This document shows, piece after piece, positions 59,114 to 64,000 of a stretch of 64,000 nt of DNA. The stretch is from positions 26,908,001 through 26,972,000 of the forward strand of contig CAIIXF020000001.1 of NCBI GenBank assembly GCA_903813345.2, given 5' to 3'. Each line of letters opens with the position of its first letter. Position 1 is the first letter of the stretch. This DNA comes from Owenia fusiformis (taxonomy: Eukaryota). Under the pieces are notes generated by a model that saw only the letters and a program-made list of their open reading frames with translations, was not told the DNA's origin and did no database searches. The position numbers and the translations under genes were made by a program.

Positions 59114-62100
59114 AAAAACTCATAACTAAACCAATGCCATTTTATCACTTAACATTTCAATTATAAAATTTGATGTTAACTAAATAAAATATTTCAAAGC
59201 AGCCAAGAAGTTATTGTAGCATTAGTGCAAAGCATTTGGATTGGTTTAATGAAATTATTTAGCCGCGTATTTTGCAATAACAACAAAATTTGTGTCACTT
59301 TGAAAGCAATTTGCAGGGATGATTCCTCTTGGGAGGAAGCCAATGTTATTGATTATAGATATTAAAATATTATGTTTCATTTGATCTGACATCATTATCC
59401 AATGCCACTTGTATTCACCTTGGCCTTTTGTAAAGCCCAAAGATCAATAATTTATACTGGTCTGACTGGGCATATATAAAACAATATGTTTAGTGACGTT
59501 AGTGTAGACAAATGCAATGCATCAACTACAGAGTGCTCTTGATTTTTGAGTCAAAATATGTGTAACATAATAAGATGGACCAATTTAAAGACCATGTGTT
59601 TCTGCATGTGGTAGCGAACCAAGGGATGATCAAAATCTATAATTACTATATAATATTATTAGTGTTATGGCTCGACATGTTTGTAAAACAGGGTTATCAA
59701 ACAGTAATTCTGTAACTGAATCAATGTACAATCAATGTATCAGGTTGTATTTACAAGTTATTTTAAAGGATGCTGCCCAATTACCAACTTGTGGAATAAT
59801 GAAGTTGTTTATGTGAGGGGAGGGTGGTTAATGATGGTTTCGTTAGTGAAAAGTGTTGATTCTTTTTTTTATTTAAAATTTTAAAATTTAGATGAGGGGA
59901 GAGTGAGGATCAACCTTAAGAAATTAACTTTTTATTTTAATTTTTTTTTTATTTCAAAGAAAAAACATGTTAAAGCAATTGCAAAAAACAATTACAATAC
60001 AGTTTCAATAGAAACAAAATTAACTTCATTCTTTTATAATTCTTGATAATTTGACACCATCCCTTGCAAGTTACGCAATTGATAATAAAACTCTGACATG
60101 CTACGACTAATCATAGTTCTACCAGAGACTTCCTCTAACATATGCAACTGATTTTTTCACTGCATCCAAGAATTTGAAAAATGACTATGCTGCGGCGTTA
60201 AGAATTTAAAAATCATAAAAACATGATATTTTGAATAGTCTAAGTAATGTCTCAATCAGAAATTCAAGGTGGGAAAAATTCTATGGAGAACACTTGTCTT
60301 CTATTAATCTTAAAGCTAAATATGATTGCCACACATAAATATTTGTAATTTATTGATGTCAACTTAATAACAACTTAATTAAACTTGATTAACTATTGCA
60401 TTTCAATATTTACAGACAATACACTTCAATTTATTGGGCTTTTGAATGAATCAAGGAGTATAAGAAATTTTGTGATATTTGCTCAAATGGGCATATTGAT
60501 CCTCTCCCAAAGTATCACTTCCAGTTATTGCACCCTATGCAAACTGTGCAATACGAAAATAATTGGTGCGAATTGTTGTCATGCGATGCAGACTTTAACC
60601 ATTATTTTTTAAAATTTGAATTGAATCCAAAATATTTGTATAGTTTCTATAGTTTTGAATTTAGCGCAGAAAATGGTTTGACAAATTATAGCCTTGTCTG
60701 ATTGAACTGCCGGACAAGGCCAATAAAAATAATCTTTTACTCAGTTTGAGTAAATACTTGAGATTTTGAATTATATGTGGCTTTAATTTAAAACATAGCG
60801 GCAAAGTTTGTACCAAAAATCATTGGATTATGAGCATAGTAGTGATGATATCATTGGAAATTATAATGAAAATATGACTTCAAGGTGATCCCAAGGAAAC
60901 TTCACGAAACCCAGAAAAATAGGACACAATGGAAAACTTGATGTAAAACTTCTTGAAGTTTTTTTGAAATTTCAAAATCAAGGTGAAAAACTAAATGTAC
61001 TGAACATTTGCCCAAAGGATTTTGATAATTACCATAGGATAAATATGATATCCTCTGATTTTCACGGGCTATCATTTTTATCCACTCATTGATTGATATT
61101 GCCCATCTCCACTCATTCACTGTGCTAAATGAGTGATATGCCCTCATGGATAAAAATAATATCCCTCAAAAATCATAGGATATCCACCATATGTGTAAAT
61201 TGTGTTAATAGGTGTTTGGTTTAGATGACATATCGATAAAAAGGGTTTTTGCATCTTGAAAGTCATAAAGATAGGAATATTTATTGGATATGTGCTACCC
61301 CTATACAATTGGTGCTGATGAACTCAATCCACACCGATTGGTAGGGGTAGCACATACTGCCAAATTATTAAATTGATAAAGGTGAAACATTTCACTGACT
61401 CTGACAATAGCCATTCATCTATTGTAAGGTATAGAATGCATATTATATTATATACTGTGTTCTGATTTGTAAAAATGTGATATATCATGCCTTACTTTGT
61501 GTGAATACCAGATTTGAAAAATGCTATAATCTGGTTCAAGCTGCATGCTGTTGGAATACTCCAGATGAAGATAAATTAATAAATCACTTTGGAGAGAAAA
61601 TTTCTAAAAATATGTACATTTATTCAATGATTGTCATTTGATCCATGAATATTGCCTGTTCTTTAATGACATGTGACCCAGTTTTGACCAATCACACAAT
61701 GGAAAGATTGACAGTGATATAATAGAATATCAGATCGTTTTGAGGGATATCATTTTAATTGAAGAGTTAAGATCAAATATCAACACAAATCACAAACAGA
61801 ATGGGTGTTGATACTTGATATCTACGAGGCAATGAAATGATATCACTCAAAATGATATGATATTGGGTTTATCCCATGATGACAATCAATACATTAAAAA
61901 ATTTAAAAAAATCAAATTGTTTATCATATGGATGTACTGCTGAAATGTCTCATGACAGATTTGTCACATTGGTCTATTAATGCATGTAGGTACTATAGTA
62001 TTGTATTGTATTGTACTATAGTACTAAGGTCTATTTTGATTATTCCCAGAATGAAATTAAATTTTATAGGTTAAATAGATATTTTAGTGAATACGTAATA

Positions 62101-62410
62101 CACTTGTATAATATATGATGTTAAACTGTTTCATCCTGCTTAGGTTATCATAAGGTATTGTTGCTATTTACTCTGTTGTGATGTGATATGAAATATACAT
62201 CATCAATATTGACCAATCAAATTGCCTATAAACTCATAGACATGGAATAAAGAATCCATATTACACACTTTCTTCTGGATCCGATTGTTTTGGATCTAAG
62301 GAGTCATTTTCTGTATTTGATCATTGAATGGCTGGTAATATATAATTTCTATGTTATTCAGGAATTTTTCAGTAAAAGAAGATGTCTGTTATATACATAA
62401 ATGTATTTAT

Positions 62411-63273
62411 TTATTTGCCTGTCCCGGTCTCTGAAGTACTACTTTGTTCATCATTTGTATCCTCCCTGCCACAGCGCAGCATCTTTTTATAGGCGGTTCT
62501 CATCTGAGTATTCAATGTAACATATATGATAGGGTTCAGAGCGGGAGGTAGTCGAAATAGAGCTCCAGATATAATTTGAATTGTAGCTTTTGAGCCATCG
62601 TCAGCCAAGACGCGTAACACCAGAGGTAAGATGTAACATATAAAGAATAGTCCACATATTGCAGCGGTTGTTCTTGTTAATATGTTATCTGTTTTTGCCT
62701 GTTTTGTGTCCTTGCTGGACTTCTTCATAACGGTTACCTTGCTCTGTGACTTTCTGACCTTCACGAGGATGTGTATGTAGCAATATATCGCAACTGGGAT
62801 AACTGGTGCCCCTAGTGCGATAAGGATCATATCAATTAGTGAATCGTTTCGTTCATTGACCATTGAACAACTGTAGAATGTTGCATCATAGTGGAATCGT
62901 GGATCTAGAAATGACGGGAGGAGACACAGTATTGGTAAGGTCCACGCAAAAATCAACATCCCCGTATGGAGTGGTTTGCTGTGCATCCAAAGGCCTTTTG
63001 TTGGATGTACAACTTTCATGTATCGGGTTAATGCCACAAATAAAATGCACTCTGTGGCAGATATCAAAAACCATTGTTTTCCATAGAATTCAAATGTACA
63101 TGCTGCATCACCTGGGGAACTTGATGTCAACAGGATGAATACTTTAATCGGAACCATCATCGATACAAGTCCCAAGTCTGCTATTGCTTGATTGGCGATA
63201 AGAATGTAAGCAAATTGTGTCCGGAACTTTTCCTCATAGAAAACTATTGAAATCGTCATGACATTACCAAATA
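62411..63273 (-). CDS. Rhodopsin-family (class A) GPCR, last coding exon (5' partial)
   Basis: Acceptor TTTCAG at 63274 then FGN (TM1), NQAIADL (TM2), Cys before TM3, TRY in place of DRY, Trp in TM4, ICYILP (TM6), NPIIY (TM7). Confidence 0.9.
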
Positions 63274-63397
63274 CTGAAACAAATCAATGATGAATCAATA
63301 TTTAGTTATTTCTGAAAGAGATCAAAGATATGAAAATAATTGTTGTCAGAATTTAAAAAGAGGTGAGGCATTAATTTCTATAAATTAACATGAATCC

Positions 63398-63960
63398 TAA
63401 AGGATTGGTATCGATATGGCGAACTGAATTCAACTTCGTCTTTCTTTTAAACCAATTATTGAAAACATTATGTAAAAAACACGGTTCTTTATGTAATGGT
63501 CACTGATTGACAACAATTTAATATGAAAATTATTTATTATTTATGTATATGTATTTCATATAACTGTTTTTGTTAGAATTTTTTAATTTTTTAGTGCAAT
63601 TATTTTTTGTTCCCTACTAATTCTTGAGAATGAAATGAAACATCTATCCCAACCTCATTGGAATAAATAGACATTCGGTATACACACCATGTTTTGGTCT
63701 CTCAATATTGTAATGTTACAAAGGAAAGTTTCATTTCATAAAAAGTATTCAAAATATTTTTTTTTTAAAAATAGATAACATTTTATTTCAGATACTTTTA
63801 TGAACCAAACTTTCCTTTGCACAATTACAATATTGAGAGACCTAAACACATTGAAAATATGTAATTTTGTTCCAATGAGGTTGGGATAGATGTTCCATTT
63901 CATTCCGAACATTATGATACCAAGAACAAAAGAAGTGTCTGATGTGTCTTCTAAAACACA
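63398..63960. mobile_element. Second copy of the element at 2761-3493
   Basis: Long shared blocks such as tacaatattgagagacctaaaca and gataccaagaacaaaagaagtgtctga. Confidence 0.75.
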
Positions 63961-64000
63961 GTTGAATCACTTTCACAGTTGGGTCACCTGCCCTATGCCT

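Noticed and set aside
63980-64000. Upstream GPCR exon ending at CAG|GTGAC
   Set aside because: The required phase-1 translation is not TM1-like and only 14 nt are visible

Overview
AT-rich animal genomic DNA with GT-AG introns. A lophotrochozoan such as a mollusc is likely, inferred from the IL-17 gene, DIRS elements and Helentron-type satellite element. Five host genes were reconstructed by hand: IGBP1 (minus, 10 coding exons, 345 aa), FMC1 (plus, 3 exons, 113 aa, ATG only 89 bp from the IGBP1 ATG), an IL-17 family cytokine (minus), the 5' part of PARPBP (plus) and one exon of a rhodopsin-type GPCR (minus). Much of the window is transposable elements. These are the 3' end of one DIRS element, an intron-containing DD34D mariner, a second full-length DIRS in FMC1 intron 1, a 10.7 kb LTR retrotransposon inserted into that DIRS, an internally deleted Gmr1-like LTR element in PARPBP, and many MITEs. 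The most unusual object is the 10.7 kb element. It has two apparently identical 3859 bp LTRs filled with nested tandem repeats, encodes only Gag and protease (no RT, RNase H or integrase), and carries a 67 aa single-pass membrane ORF in each LTR. All calls come from reading the sequence; no searches were run.
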